Shown one piece after another: positions 50,976-64,000 of a DNA stretch of 64,000 nucleotides. The notes beneath the pieces were generated by a model. The model did not search any database, was not told where the DNA came from, and saw only the letters and a list, made by a program, of their open reading frames with translations. Each line of letters opens with the position of its first letter. The first letter of the stretch is position 1. This DNA is from Octopus sinensis (taxonomy: Eukaryota), in assembly GCF_006345805.1 (NCBI RefSeq), contig NC_043002.1, positions 68,200,001 to 68,264,000 of the forward strand. Reading direction: 5' to 3'. The translations under genes and the position numbers were made by a program.

Positions 50976-51177
50976 ATATGTGACAATTATTCGGTAGCCA
51001 TGGTAAAACTCCGAGTTTCAGATGTCGACATGGAAACCCATGCCGGCATCTCTTCAGTTATCGGTCCATCAAAAAAAAAAAAAAAGGCCCGATAATTGAA
51101 GTAATGCCAGCGTGGGTTTCCATCCCAACATCCAAAACTCGGAGTTTTACCATGGCTACCAAATAATTGTCACATAT
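50976..51177. repeat. Foldback element: 92-bp inverted arms around an atc-A15 spacer
   Basis: Arms 50976-51067 and 51086-51177 match at 80/92 with no gaps. Confidence 0.92.
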
Positions 51178-52195
51178 ATATGTTTGCAGATAAATTCCTC
51201 TATTTACATAATATTGAGGTCTCTTTCATTCTTTTGTTGTCTTGCCATTTCTATCAATATATATATATATTTGCTGACACAAGTTGCACTTTTAATATCT
51301 ATATATAAAATATAATCTGGAATAAATGAATTTATATACCATGTGGTATTTAGGTCCATAAAAGGGAGATAACTGTTGGAAGGGACATAAATTTGATGAA
51401 CTTGACCATTCAATAACAGATTGTTAAACTGAATACCACAAAGTACTGAAATGGATATAATTGCTTAAAATCCTTCAAAACTGCTACCCCCATCATGGCT
51501 ACTGTCCAATGCCAGAAACAAGTAAACCAATAAATAAGATAAATAGAGATTAGACTTATGGAAACTTTAAATGAGGTGTTTATAACATATAAATAAAAAG
51601 GGTTCCGACACTTATCAGATGGATTGCATGCATGTACACCATCGCTATAACTTCTTGTGAGTCAGACAAAACTTGGTTGGAGTGTTCTGACATTTTAGGT
51701 TAGCTTTGAAGTGCCATGCGCTCATGATTGGTTGGGCTTTATGAATGGCACGTCTATCAAAAAATTACTCTGAGTTTTATTTTGTCTCATGCAGTCCACT
51801 TCTGGAAAACACTGCCCATGCCTGGTTGGATACAATTTCTGTTCAGTTTAAATGTCTACAAGTTATGGCCAACAACACAAAACAGCCAGGGTTGGTATGT
51901 TGGTTACTTCTTCAGATAAACAGCAATACTCCAACCTCTCACCTGGAACATCTCCACCTTTCTCAGCTGTGATGTTCTTGTCTTGTAAGCTACTGGGCAA
52001 ACCTATAGGTGCCGGTGCCACATAAGAAGCACCTGTGATGGCATCTTGTGAAAAGCAGCCATGATGGTACCATGCGAAAAGCACTTGTGGTGGCACCATG
52101 TTAATTAGTAATGGCAGTAGTATTCAACCGGTAATTAATAATTAGTAACTGAACACATTACTCCCATTATCCACATATACACTCACATACATACA

Positions 52196-52430
52196 TCATC
52201 ATCATCATCATCATCATTTAACGTCCGCTTTCTATGCTAGCATGGGTTGGACGATTTGACTGAGGACTGGCAAACCAGATGGCTGCACCAGGCTCCAATC
52301 TTGATCTGGCAAAGTTTCTACAGCTGGATGCCCTTCCTAACGCCGACCACTCCGAGAGTGTAGTGGATGCTTTTACGTGCCACTGGCATGAGGGCCAGTC
52401 AGGCGGTACTGGCAACAGCCACACTAAAGC
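52196..52430 (-). mobile_element. RTE 3' tail fragment
   Basis: (ATC)n followed by ttaacgtcc..gatgcccttcctaacgcc..gtagtgg. Confidence 0.85.
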
Positions 52431-53253
52431 ACCCATGATGGAAAATGTCTGTGTAGACACCCATGCTGGCACCACATCAAAAGCATCCAGTACATTCTGT
52501 AAAGTGGTTGGCATTAGAACGGGCATCCAACCATAAAAACAAAGTCAAGTCAATTACGGATGGAGGTGTGTCCTTTGTGCTAATGTATCTTGTGTGTTAT
52601 GAACACATGTTCATCTGAAAAGTGTGGTTCCCCTGTGATTAAACACAACAATAATTAGCATACTCATGCTCAAATCTACCAGAACATATTAAGACTGAAT
52701 ATGCCAGCCATTGTCTTGATTCTCACTGTTCACCGTGGACATGGCTATTTAAAGTCAATAAATTTTCTATTCTCTTAACAGACAAACCTACTGGCCTAAA
52801 TGCCATTCCAGCTGTTACCATCAAAATAATAATTAACAGTTAAATTGACTTTTCTGTTGACATGAATAACTTATGCTCTCTTCTTTATTTATTAGCAGTC
52901 AGTATGGGGGATTTTCTAACTATCATATAGCATTACAATGAAATAAATATGTGTATGCAAATACGTAATTCTAACATAAATTTTTAATATTTTCTGCAAT
53001 GACAGAATGGCAGTGAAAGCTTGTCTCCATGATGGACAAATCAATTAGCAATGTGATGATAACAACTGGATAACAGAGTTTTTGTTTCAGGAATCATACT
53101 TAAAAAGACTAACTACTGAAAAAATGCTGCAACTAGCAAGATGTGCAAATCTGTTTTCTAACAATTTATTTATCTATTTATTTTTTTAAATTGAGAGCCA
53201 TGCTGTGAAATAATAAAATCCTTGGTGTGCTTGATAGAACAGTGTTATTTTAA

Positions 53254-53473
53254 CCCTTTAGCATTCAGATTATTCAGCTAAATGTAATGCTTATTTATTC
53301 ATGTTGTTTTGAATTAATTCGTATTATCTTGTAGCTTCAAAATTTTGATTATGTAATTTTATTATTTTTAGAATGACATTGTACGATAGGTGTGAGAGGC
53401 TAGATCTGGCCAGTTTCAAGGTAAAGCAGATAGAATATTTTGGCCACATATGACAGGTTTACATGCTAAAGGG
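53254..53473. mobile_element. TTAA-flanked (piggyBac-like) MITE; decayed relatives at about 4935-5420, 13870-14085 and 38990-39210
   Basis: TTAA-ccctttagcat..atgctaaaggg-TTAA, perfect 11-bp TIR. Confidence 0.85.
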
Positions 53474-54395
53474 TTAAGAATTAGTTAATAATTTTATTCT
53501 GAAAAGCAATTTTAATCAAGCATACATTGTCCCTCTTTTCTACACCCTCTGAGATTTAGATACTCTAGGTTGTAAACCCTATACTATTTTAAAAGGTATG
53601 ACAAACACTGTACACTGTAGTCCTATATATAATATATATATGCACACATACACAAAGAAAACATGCTGAACATGGCTGTGACATGTTTTTTTGTCTAAAT
53701 TAAATGAGTCAAATGATATTTCTAACAATCATTATCAGCCTTGAATTTCAGCAGCTTTAAATTACTGCTGTGCGTCTAATTTTGCGCTATTTATTAATGT
53801 AAGTATATCGTTTCAATGTATATATATATGTGAGTGTATGTGTGTATAACGTGAGTAATGTGTTCAGTTACTAATTATTAATTATCAGTTGAATACTACT
53901 ACCATTACTAATTAACTTTGCATTCTTAGATAATAACAGATGGAAAAGGAGATAAATAATCCTAGTTAGAACCTTTATTTTGTGTATGTTTGTGTATGCT
54001 TGTTTGAAAGCAAGAAAGAAAAAAAAAGGGAGACATTCACTAGACAACTTATTGATAAACACCCAAAGCTACGTATTGTAGCTTCCTTGATTCATGACTC
54101 AGCACCACATGAGTATTTTAGACTGTGCAATGATGGACAAATATGGAAATTTGTCAAATTTGATGATACATAGAGAAAGGATGCAAGTTGGTCTGCAGGC
54201 ATTCACCGAAATGCAAAATCAAGGAAACTTAACAAAACAAAATATGACATCCCTTATGAATCATGAGAGGCTAAAATCCAATACAAAAATGCTTTTAAAA
54301 TACCCAAATTTTATGTAGCAAGGTCCACCTTTTTGACTCTTACATTGAAAATATTGACCCCATTTATCTTACAGTCATGTAAACATGGGCATATA

Positions 54396-55641
54396 TTAGG
54401 TTGTCTCACATGAAATGTTGTATTTTAAAAGGGTTTCTTAGGAGTCATCTATAAATGGATTTTTAATGAGTTTCTATATACGTTTGTGTTTAATCACTTT
54501 TTTCTTTCTAGACAATACTATTATTCAGAAATGCTACCCACAGCTCTTTTGACAATGTTGACAACTGAACAATACTGAGTAATTTTCTTGTACGAATACA
54601 AGTTGGGTCACTCTGCCAACAAAACTCTATGAAACATCAAGCAGACCTTTGGTAACGATTCAGTTGACATTAGAACTGTTCAGAGATGATTCCAAAGATT
54701 TCGTTCAGAAAATGAAAGCCTTAAAAATGAACCAAGAGGGAGACCAAAATCCGTTATTAAGCATGATGAATCAAATGCTTTGGTTAAACGAAATCCGAGA
54801 ACAACAGTCAAAAAAATCTGATCCAGCTCCAGACATCTCCCACAACTGCTTCTTGACACTTGAAGACAATTGAAAAAGGCAAAAAGATGGATAGGTTTCT
54901 TCCCCATCAACTTAATGAGATTCAAAGAAACAGACACCTCACAGTGTGTTCCATGTTGATTTCTCGGTTGGAAAGAGAACCATTTTTGTATTGACTCATT
55001 ACATTTAAAAAATGGATACTCTTTGATAATAGCAGGACAGTGGTAAGATGCAGGAGAGTCACCAAAACACTACCCAAAACCACCATTGTACCCTAAAAAG
55101 TTGATGGTCACTGTATGGTGGTCAACAAAGGGGGTTATTCCTTATTAATTTTTGTAACAAGGAAAAACTGTAACAGCAACATCCTATTGTCAGAAAATTG
55201 ATTGTATGCAGGAAAAATTAAAATAGAAACAACCCAGTTTAGTGAATAGAGATGGCCCAATTTTACTTCATGATAAAGCACGGACTCACACTTCTCAAAC
55301 TACGGTTCCCAAAGTTGCAAAGCCTGAATTATGAAATTCTGGCACATCCTCCTTGTTCTCCTGATATCTCTCTGACTGATTATCACATATTTAAACACTT
55401 TGAGCTTGCTATATGCAATGAAACATTCTTAAATAAAGAAGAGGTAATTGAAGCATTCAAACAGTTTATCAGTGTAAAAGATGACAAATTCTTCGAAGAT
55501 AGAATATATACTTTAAAGTTGGATGAAGGTCATAAATGAACAAGGGTCATATTTTGATTAAATAAATAAATATTCTAAAACTTAAAAAACAATTTCAACA
55601 TTCTCTTTTTCAAATATGACATTTCAGGTGAGACAACCTAA
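54396..55641 (+). mobile_element. Near-full-length decayed mariner (DD34D)
   Basis: TA-flanked TIRs ttaggttgtctcacatgaaatg and (rc) ttaggttgtctcacctgaaatg. Transposase relics EPRGRPK, PHQLNE, KKLMVTVWWS, LLHDKAR, HPPCSPDISLTDYH. 34 residues between the 2nd and 3rd D after correcting one frameshift. Confidence 0.93.
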
Positions 55642-56171
55642 TACTTTACTCGGCAATGGTTGTTTTTAGCAAGCCTGGCTACAACTGTTTTCATAAAGAC
55701 CACTTTAATTGCCAAAGGGGTGTGAGATAGTCTATGTTTGCTCAAGCTTTGCCATTTGTTCCTCTGGAGTTGATATAATAAAGTACCAGTCAAGTACAAG
55801 GGTGGGTGTGAGTCAACGATATCAACTAACATTCTGCAGGTGCTTGCAGGTCAGAAAATACAGCTGAAAGAGAGTAATTGCCAAGGTAAATCTGAATACA
55901 TAAGTTCTGCCTTGAGTCCTCCACTTCATAAGAGTGGTTACTTTGTTTCCATTATGTATGAGTGACCAAGATGACAACCCCCCCCCCCCTCTGAACGGTA
56001 TGCCAGTCTGTTGCAAGATTGCTCATTTACAGCTGAGTGGACTGGAGCAACATGAAATAAAGTGTCTTGCTTAAGAATACAACACACTGCCTGATCCAAG
56101 AGTCGAAATGACAATCAGGCCATCATGAGTGCAACACCCAAACCCCTGGGCCATGCACCTTCTTAAATGAC

Positions 56172-56533
56172 AATAGAAGACTATGCTCTGACAAGAGCAT
56201 TCCCTATAGTAGACAATCCTCCTGTAGGAGCATCCCCAAAAGAGAGAATCTCTTCACATAGGAGCATCCCCCATAGAAGACTATCCTCCCATAGGAGCAT
56301 CCTTCATAGAAGACTATCCTCCCATAGGAGCATCCCCCATAGAAGACTATCCTCCCATAGGAGCATCCCCCATAGAAGACAATCCTCCATTAGGAGCATC
56401 CCCCATAGAAGACTATCCTACTATAGGAACATCCCCTATAGAAAACTATCCTCCCATAAGAGCATCCCCCATAGAAGACTATCTTACCATAGGAGCATCC
56501 CCCATAGAAGACTATCCTCCCATAGGAGCATCC
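56172..56533 (+). repeat. 33-bp minisatellite, about 11 units (tcctcccataggagcatcccccatagaagacta)
   Basis: Directly visible; gives the 11-aa repeat SSHRSIPHRRL in ORF 56167-56709. Confidence 0.93.
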
Positions 56534-56696
56534 TAAGTAAATCTCTTTATATACTGTCATTTTTATGCTTTTCTTTTTTTCTTCTTTTTTTGTCATTCTT
56601 ATACTTGATTCCCTGTGTAACCCACACCATTATGGTAATTTATTCTTTAATCTACTCCTCATCCATTGCTCTTGTGGCTAATAAAAATTATCATCA

Positions 56697-57503
56697 TTTA
56701 AGGCGGTGAGCTGGCTGAATCATTAACATACTGAGCAGAATGCTAGGCAACATTTTGTCCATCTTTATGTTTGGAGTTAAACTTCCACCAAAGTTGACTT
56801 TGGCTATCATCCTTTCAGGGTTGATAAAATAAGTACCAGTTGAACACTGGGACTGGTGCTATCAACTTGCCCTCTCACCCTAAATTGCTGGCCTTGTACC
56901 GAAATTTGAAACCATTATTATTATTATCATCATCATCATTCAGTAGTCTTATTTTCATCACGTGCTTTCACTGCACTATGAAGCACAGCTATGTGTGCCT
57001 TGGGTATGTGCTGTGATTTGTTGTGATACTCTTATTGTTACTGTATTGAAAGTGCTTTGCGTAGGATGTGTGCGGTGTCTAGTAGTACTATTTTCTGTAT
57101 GTCATACATACTTGTTAGTCTTGGTGTTTTTGTTTATGTATTTGTCTGAATATTTTTTTATCATACCTAATGCACCTATTATGATAGGAATTGTTTCTGT
57201 TTTTAGACTCCACATTCAAGTTATTATTATTATTATTATTAATATTATTATTAAGGGGGAGGCGAGCTGGCAGAATCATAAGCACATGGGGTAAAATGCT
57301 TAGCAGTATTTCATCTGTTGCTATGTTCTGAGTTCAAATTCCACCAAGGTCAACTTTACCTTTCATCCTTTGGGGAGGGGGGGGTTGATAAAATTAAGTA
57401 CCAGTTGCATACTGAGATCAATCTAATCGACTAGACCCCTCCCTAAAAATTTCAGGCCTTATGCCTTGACTAGAAAAGATTATTATTATTAATATTATTT
57501 TTA

Positions 57504-57541
<38 letters not shown>

Positions 57542-57930
57542 ATTCCACCGAGGTTGACTTTGCCTTTCATCCTTTCAGGGTCGATAAATTAAGTACCAGT
57601 GAAACACAGGGTGGGGGGAGATAGATGTAATCGACAAGTACCTACCCCCAAAATTGCAGGCTTTGTGCCTTTAGTAGAAAGGATTATTATTATTATTATT
57701 AAAGTGTTAAACTGGCAGAATTGATAGCATGCCAGGCAAAATACTTAACAGCATTTCATCCTTTTTAACATTCAGAGTTCAAATTCCACCAAGGTTAACT
57801 TTGCCTTTCGTCCTTTCTGGGTCGATGAAATAGATACCAGTTAAGTACTGAGGGTTGATATAATCAACTAGCCCTTCTCTCCCTAAATTTCAGACATTGT
57901 GCCTTTAGTAGAAAGGATTGTTATTATTAT
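56697..57930 (+). mobile_element. Cluster of four Meta-like SINEs with (ATT)n tails
   Basis: Heads or cores at about 56700, 57255, 57540 and 57700. Confidence 0.82.
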
Positions 57931-59191
57931 TATTATCATCATCATTAAACCTAAAATGGTGTTCTGTCTCTTTTAGTTCCAGTTTCAAACACTGACAAGG
58001 TCAAATCTGTTTCTCACCCATTATAAACTGAAGTTCTTTCAGTCAATTTAACCCCTACACTACAAAATCCTGGCCTTGTACCTACTGAGAAAAGGAACGA
58101 ATATCATTATCAAACTATACACAGTTGTGTATCTTCAGGTTTAATTCCATACATACGTAATTCTTATTGTGTTCGCTTTCATTGATTTACTCTCCCCTTC
58201 CTCTTTTCATTGATCTAATATTTATTATTCAATAACACAAGTTCACTACTCACACTGATGCAGGTTAGTCAAGCCTATCTGCCACGTTTGGCCGTGTTTC
58301 AAATAGGTGAAAAAAAAAAAAAAGATCTAATGCAAAATAGAACAAGTAGCTTTAAATTCAAGTTAGAAGATTGAAGGTTTTGGCTTGACAAATATATATG
58401 TAAGTGTGTATGTGTGTGTGTGCATGCACACACTCACATGTGCTCGTGCTTTATACTTTTATGCAACAATATCAATTGCATATGGCTGGGCAAAACCTGA
58501 AACTGCTAGATAACATGGGTAAAGAAAGAAATAAAAATAGGGCTTCTTTTCTTTATTTCCCCTCCTCATCTCCCTTTATATGTATATAAATATATATAAA
58601 ATCATTCTTTCCCCTACTCCTCTCCAGCATACACTAAAAATACACATAGCTGAATTACCGGTCCCATGTGCTAGCTGAGAGAAATTGTCTCCTATTGTTC
58701 CCTATAGCAATATTTGTTCATAAATATATTTAATGTCTTTCATTATTATTGTTGATTTAAAACAAAAACTCAACAGACACAGATGAGAAATAGTCATGTT
58801 TATGTATGCCTTTCCCAAAGACATTAGCAATGTATTTCAAGCTGTACTTATTGCTCAAAACCTGAATGCAAAACACTGCAAAAATTATGATAAGTATTTC
58901 TATGAATTAAACTATGCTTGAAAATGTCTGCATAAATAATAATATTGTTTCTCTACTGGAACCATCTAATGTTATTAACATATTAAGTTTTGAATGCTGT
59001 TTACCATAATGTCATAACTTCTCTAGAGGAAGAGGATATATTAACATAGTTTTATGTCTTCATAGTTGTGAAACCCAAGGTTTCTAGTTTGAGGGACAAA
59101 ATTTGCAATGCTTGAATTATTCTCAAAGGTTTTAATTAATGCAAGATGATATGGCTCCAGATAAAAATTCAAAGTAGATGGTAAATTCAAC

Positions 59192-59421
59192 CAGGGCTGT
59201 GGAGTCAAAAAAAAAAACTTCAACTCTTCTACTATTGGCACCTCCGACTCCAACTCCTCTTTCTGTAATTAAGTGATATCTCATAAAGCATATGCATACG
59301 CTTGTACTTTGAGTAGGCCTTTATGTTATAACTGGTTTATATTAAAGATATTGTGAGTCGGTATAGTTTTACCGACTCCAACTTCAGCTGCCCCTTAATT
59401 GTTTCTGACTCCACAGCCCTG
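59192..59421. mobile_element. hAT-type MITE, 230 bp
   Basis: Perfect 15-bp TIR cagggctgtggagtc; 8-bp TSD aattcaac/gattcaac. Confidence 0.88.
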
Positions 59422-60069
59422 GATTCAACTAATTAAATGCTCATCCTTACTATATTACACTGCTTCTCGTAGCTCCAATAACATATAGGAAGAATTCTGC
59501 TCAGCACCACAAGCTAACAAAACACATAGGGTGCTCTACCCACTGGCAAGGTTAACTAAACCAATGGGTTAGATGGTTTGACCATGGCTGGTAAGATGAG
59601 GAGCTGTGCCAGACTCCAATCTGATTTGGCATGGTTTCTACAGCTGGATGTAATGGGTCCCAGTTGCAGGACACAAATATGCCATGACTACGATTCACTT
59701 GGCTTGATGGGTTTTCTTCTCAAGTACAGCATATTGCCAAAGGTCTGTCATTTGTCATTGCCTCCATGAGACCCAGCACGGGTGCTAGTTGCATGACACT
59801 GGCATCGGCCACATTACCCCTGTAACACCATCATCAATGATTCAAATCTACTTTTATAGATAATTTTGTTTTTTCACACATTAACTTGTGTAAGTTGAAA
59901 TAGTATAATGTTAGAGAAAGAAACCCATTTCTTGCAATAAATACATGTAAAGGGAAATTTTTTCAGGTACCTTTAAAAATACTACTGTGGGTCTCCAATT
60001 TACTATTTTGCTCGTGTGGACCCACAAAAATTATCATATGGGCCTCTGCCGAGAACCAATGTTCTAAAC

Positions 60070-60400
60070 CAAGCCTGGCCCACTTGAATTACACTGCCAG
60101 CCACTTTAATCACAGAAAGGTTTTTAAGGGTCGCTTGTATACTGACAGAATTGAAAGCATTTTGCTTTCTCATGCTATTATTACAATAATGAATGAATTC
60201 CCGTTGATTCAACACAAAATATTATCATTGCAAAAACAGTAGTATTTTTCTTTTTTACTTTTCATTACAATATTTAATTTTTGATAAAATTTTTAAAATG
60301 TTTGTTTAAATAAACCCATTTTAAGAAAGTATCAAGCGGGCCGCGAGATAAAAGTCAGCAGGCCGTATGCAGCCCGTGGGCCTCAGATTGGCCAACCCTG
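60070..60400. mobile_element. hAT-type MITE, 331 bp
   Basis: Perfect 8-bp TSD ttctaaac (60062-60069, 60401-60408); TIR caagcctggccca and (rc) cagggttggccaa. Confidence 0.82.
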
Positions 60401-60477
60401 TTCTAAACCATATAGTCAAAAAGATATACACAGTATTTCACTTTCATCAACTGTTTTCACAAGCAGAAACTATTTAA

Positions 60478-60701
60478 CCCTTTCGATACCAACCTAAGAC
60501 TAACTCTGGCTCTAAAATACAAAACCATTCAGTATTTTTTTTAAATTGCGTATCATAATTTTATCTAGGGATATGATGTAATGTTCTAAATATTATCATA
60601 ATAAGAGGATATTTTACTAAACCCCTCAAAATTCTTAATAGAAATTTAATTTTTTAAAAATATATACAGTATATTTCATCAGCAATGTGGTTACAGAAGG
60701 G
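60478..60701. mobile_element. TTAA-flanked MITE related to the 14516 copy
   Basis: TTAA-ccctttcgatacc..ggttacagaaggg-TTAA. Confidence 0.7.
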
Positions 60702-63041
60702 TTAATAAATTTTTATTAAAATTATTATAATGCTATTCTAAAAATAAACTATCATGTCATAGAAATATCAAAGCTACAGAATAATGCATGATTAATTCAA
60801 AACATTGTGAATGAATACATTTTTTTACAACTGTCATAGTAATCTGAGTGCCAAGGAGTTAAATTATAAGGATTTATAAATCTAAGCAAATAAACTCTAA
60901 ACAAAAAAAAACAAAAAACACATTACCAGATACTAGACACAATATATCAACAGTCAAGGAATAGACATCACCATTATCATCATTTTATGATCATTTTCCA
61001 TGCTGGTATGATTGGACAGGATCATCAGTTTATATTTGGAGTTACAGCTCTCCCAGGTAAGTTTGAGGACCACATCCCAACCATGCATTTATGTTTGGTT
61101 TAGTTTCTACAGCTGGATGCCCTTCCTAATACTAACCACTTTACAGAGTGTACTGGGTGTGTTTTTTTCATAGCACCACCACTTGAAAGGTGGCTGTGTC
61201 CTCAACAGGGGCTAAAAGATCCTCTCAACTCCACACTTGAAAAATACTGGCACTCTGTCAGTTGCGACGATGAGAGTTCCAGCTGATCCAATCAGGGGAA
61301 CAGACTGCTCGTGAAATTAATGTGCAAGTGGCTGAGCACTCTACAGACATGCATTCCCTTAATGTAGTTCTCAGGGAGATTCAGCATGACACAGAGTGTG
61401 ACAAGGCTGGCCCTTTGAAGTACAGGTACTACTCATTTTTGCCAGCTAAATGGACTGGAGCAATGTGAAATAAATTGTTTTGCTCAAGACATGCAACATG
61501 CCACTAGGATTTGTACTCACAGCCTTATGATTGTCAGCTGATTTACCCTAACCAATAACTTCTGCACCTTTGCACTGCACATTTTACAGAGTGCAGTAGA
61601 TACATTTTATCTGTACATACTTGCATGAGGTTGAGATGTTGTGTGGGGTTGAGATGTTAATAAATAAAATTGCTTGCAAATATATATCCAAAACAGAAAT
61701 TATAAAATTACCGAATAAGTTTTTAGTCCTTTCATAAAATATATTAATCTTTTGTTATCTTTCAAAATACAACAAATTTTAAAACTGGTTTCTTTTAAGA
61801 AATATAAAAGATGAAAAACAAAAAGAATTTTAGACTCACTACTTATACAGAATTCTGATGTATTATATATAGCATATTATACAAAGCCAATATTTCAAAT
61901 ATTTCTCAATTTCAGTTAATTTCATGATATGTTCAGTGCTGAAAATCAAGTTAGCTGTAGCAGCATAACTAGAATTTGAGAGAGGCAGATAAGGTTAGGG
62001 GACTGTATATACTTCTACTGAAAACAAAGGGTTTTTCTTTTACTGTGACTAATATACTATTTGAGGCTTTGTAAGAAGCATAATGGTGGTGATATATGGG
62101 AAATGTACAGAATGAGAGGCGAAAAGCAAGTGGAGTATGACTGACGAATATGTAATATTAAGTATGAAGTGACTGCTGAATATTTAATTTTAATCTATGA
62201 GAAAACTTAATTGCGTGAACGAGCTAAGAGAATAACAAAGAACATTACTGCTTGTTGTTGTTGTTGTTCAGCTCCTCATTCAGCATTGAGTGAGCAAACC
62301 TATAATCAAATGTATTCAACCTGTGATCTTCCCTTTTTAAGCTACAATATACCCAAGATAACATTAATTTGGATACATATGCTCCTTCCTTTTTTTGTAA
62401 AGATAGTAAGGGCATAATTTGAGGGAGATTTGACTGCTATAGTGTCAACTATGTTGGTATGGATATACATTACAGAGTTGGTAGCAAAAGGTGCCTACAA
62501 ATGAAGTAAGACTTGGAAAATATATTGGGTTAAAGTGGCAACATCAACTCAAAGACAATGGACAGGAAAAGGAATGAAGTCTATCTAAAAAATTATTTTT
62601 TATTAGTATTATGCTGTTATCTTCAACAGTTGTTAGATACAAACTATTTCATTCCTTTGATTTTTCTTCTAGGATATAGAATTTATTCGACTACAGTCTA
62701 AAACTCAATTTTTACTTTTTACTTGTCACTAGACTGTGGCCATGCTGGGGTACCACCTTGAAGGGTTTAGTCAAACAAATCGACTCCTGTACTTATTTTG
62801 AAATCTGGTACTCATTCTATCATTGTCTTTTGTAGAACCTCTAAGTTATGGAGATGTAAACAAATGAATATCAATTGTCAAGCAGTGGATAAGGACAAAT
62901 ACTGACATGCAAACACACACACACATGTATATATACACATACACACACAAGCTTTCATATAGTTTCTGTCCTTCTGTCCTGTCTACCAAATTCATTCACA
63001 AGGGATTGGTTAGTCCAGAGCCATAGTAGAAAGCACTTGCC

Positions 63042-63224
63042 CATCTAGCAGTATTTCGTCTGCTGCTACATTCTGAGTTCAAATTCCGCTGAGGTCGACT
63101 TTGCCTTTCATCCTTTCGGGGTCGATTAAATAAGTACCAGTTACGCACTGTGGTCGACTTAATCCGTTTGTCTGTCCTTGTTTGTCCCCTCTGTGTGTAG
63201 CCCCTTGTGGGCAGTAAAGAAATA
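63042..63224 (+). mobile_element. 5'-truncated Meta-like SINE nested in a CORE-like SINE
   Basis: Perfect 14-bp TSD agaaagcacttgcc (63028-63041, 63225-63238). Confidence 0.9.
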
Positions 63225-64000
63225 AGAAAGCACTTGCCAAAGTCGCCACACAATAGGACTGAACCCGAAATGGCATGGTTGCAAAGCAAACTTCTTAACC
63301 ACCCCTTTCAAACAATTTATATTTCGGGAGGGGTTTTTTTCTCTTTTTTTTTTTTTAGTAACGATTAAACCTTGGATAAAAATATTTTAAGCTAATTTAA
63401 TCTCTGAAGCTTCTAATAGGTTGCGAAGTAAAACAATGAATGTTAAGCCTTTTAGCTAACTGACGAGCAATTTTTCTGTTTAACCATTTGTCATTTTGTA
63501 ACAATTATGTTTATGAATACCCTGCGTAACTAACAAAGAAATCAGTTTTCTAAGCAAGAAACTTTTAAACATAGCATTAAGCCTATACGTAAAACATCTT
63601 TATTAGTTCTATTTACCAAAGTTTAAACAGAATATAATACTTTGCCTATCAAAAATTATCTCAAGTTTATAATGTATTGCTAAAAAAGAGAAAAAAACCA
63701 GCTCTAGTTTCACTTATTATTTAAAGTAATTCTCGGAAAAGGATATACGAATCAATCTGTTATTCTAAAATCCAATATTTCATCTAACAGCTGACTAGTC
63801 TGACGTTTTCACAGATATATAAAATTATTTACCCTAGTAGCAAAAAACAGGATTTTAAAGCAATTTTTATTTCCAAGCAATATAAACTTTCATTATATCA
63901 GATTCTAGCATCTACATCAACAGGAATTTATTATGAGGGCGGTGCTATAAAGTTGTAAATGGATTAAGTGAGAGTACCAGGATATCAATATTTTCCTAGA

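Noticed and set aside
54094-54318. 74-aa ORF upstream of the mariner
   Set aside because: No recognisable motif or splice signals; length expected by chance.

Overview
AT-rich, microsatellite-dense animal genomic DNA, most likely an octopus (coleoid cephalopod); this is inferred from the SINE, RTE and MITE families present. The only host gene I can support is a minus-strand long-chain fatty-acyl-CoA synthetase (ACSL1/5/6-like). Two small coding exons of it (28017-27880 and 4677-4569) are missed by the ORF track and are separated by a 23.2-kb intron. Its downstream exons probably lie beyond position 1, and any 5' UTR exons were not located. The rest is intron/upstream DNA packed with mobile elements: a young RTE-clade LINE family (one 3.3-kb and one 2-kb copy plus many 3' fragments), several tRNA-derived SINE families, decayed Tc1 (DD36E spacing) and mariner (DD34D) transposons, an R4/Dong-like RLE retroelement relic, and hAT-, piggyBac- and Tc1-type MITEs. 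The most striking observation is that the RTE ORF2 carries a complete C4HC3 PHD finger inside the reverse transcriptase, between the YADD palm and the thumb. It retains TAF3-like cage tryptophans, suggesting a possibly chromatin-reading LINE. The same LINE has a 3' UTR built of variable-number double-hairpin modules and a terminal stem-loop shared with partner SINEs. Boundaries of decayed repeats are approximate, and all alignments were done by eye.
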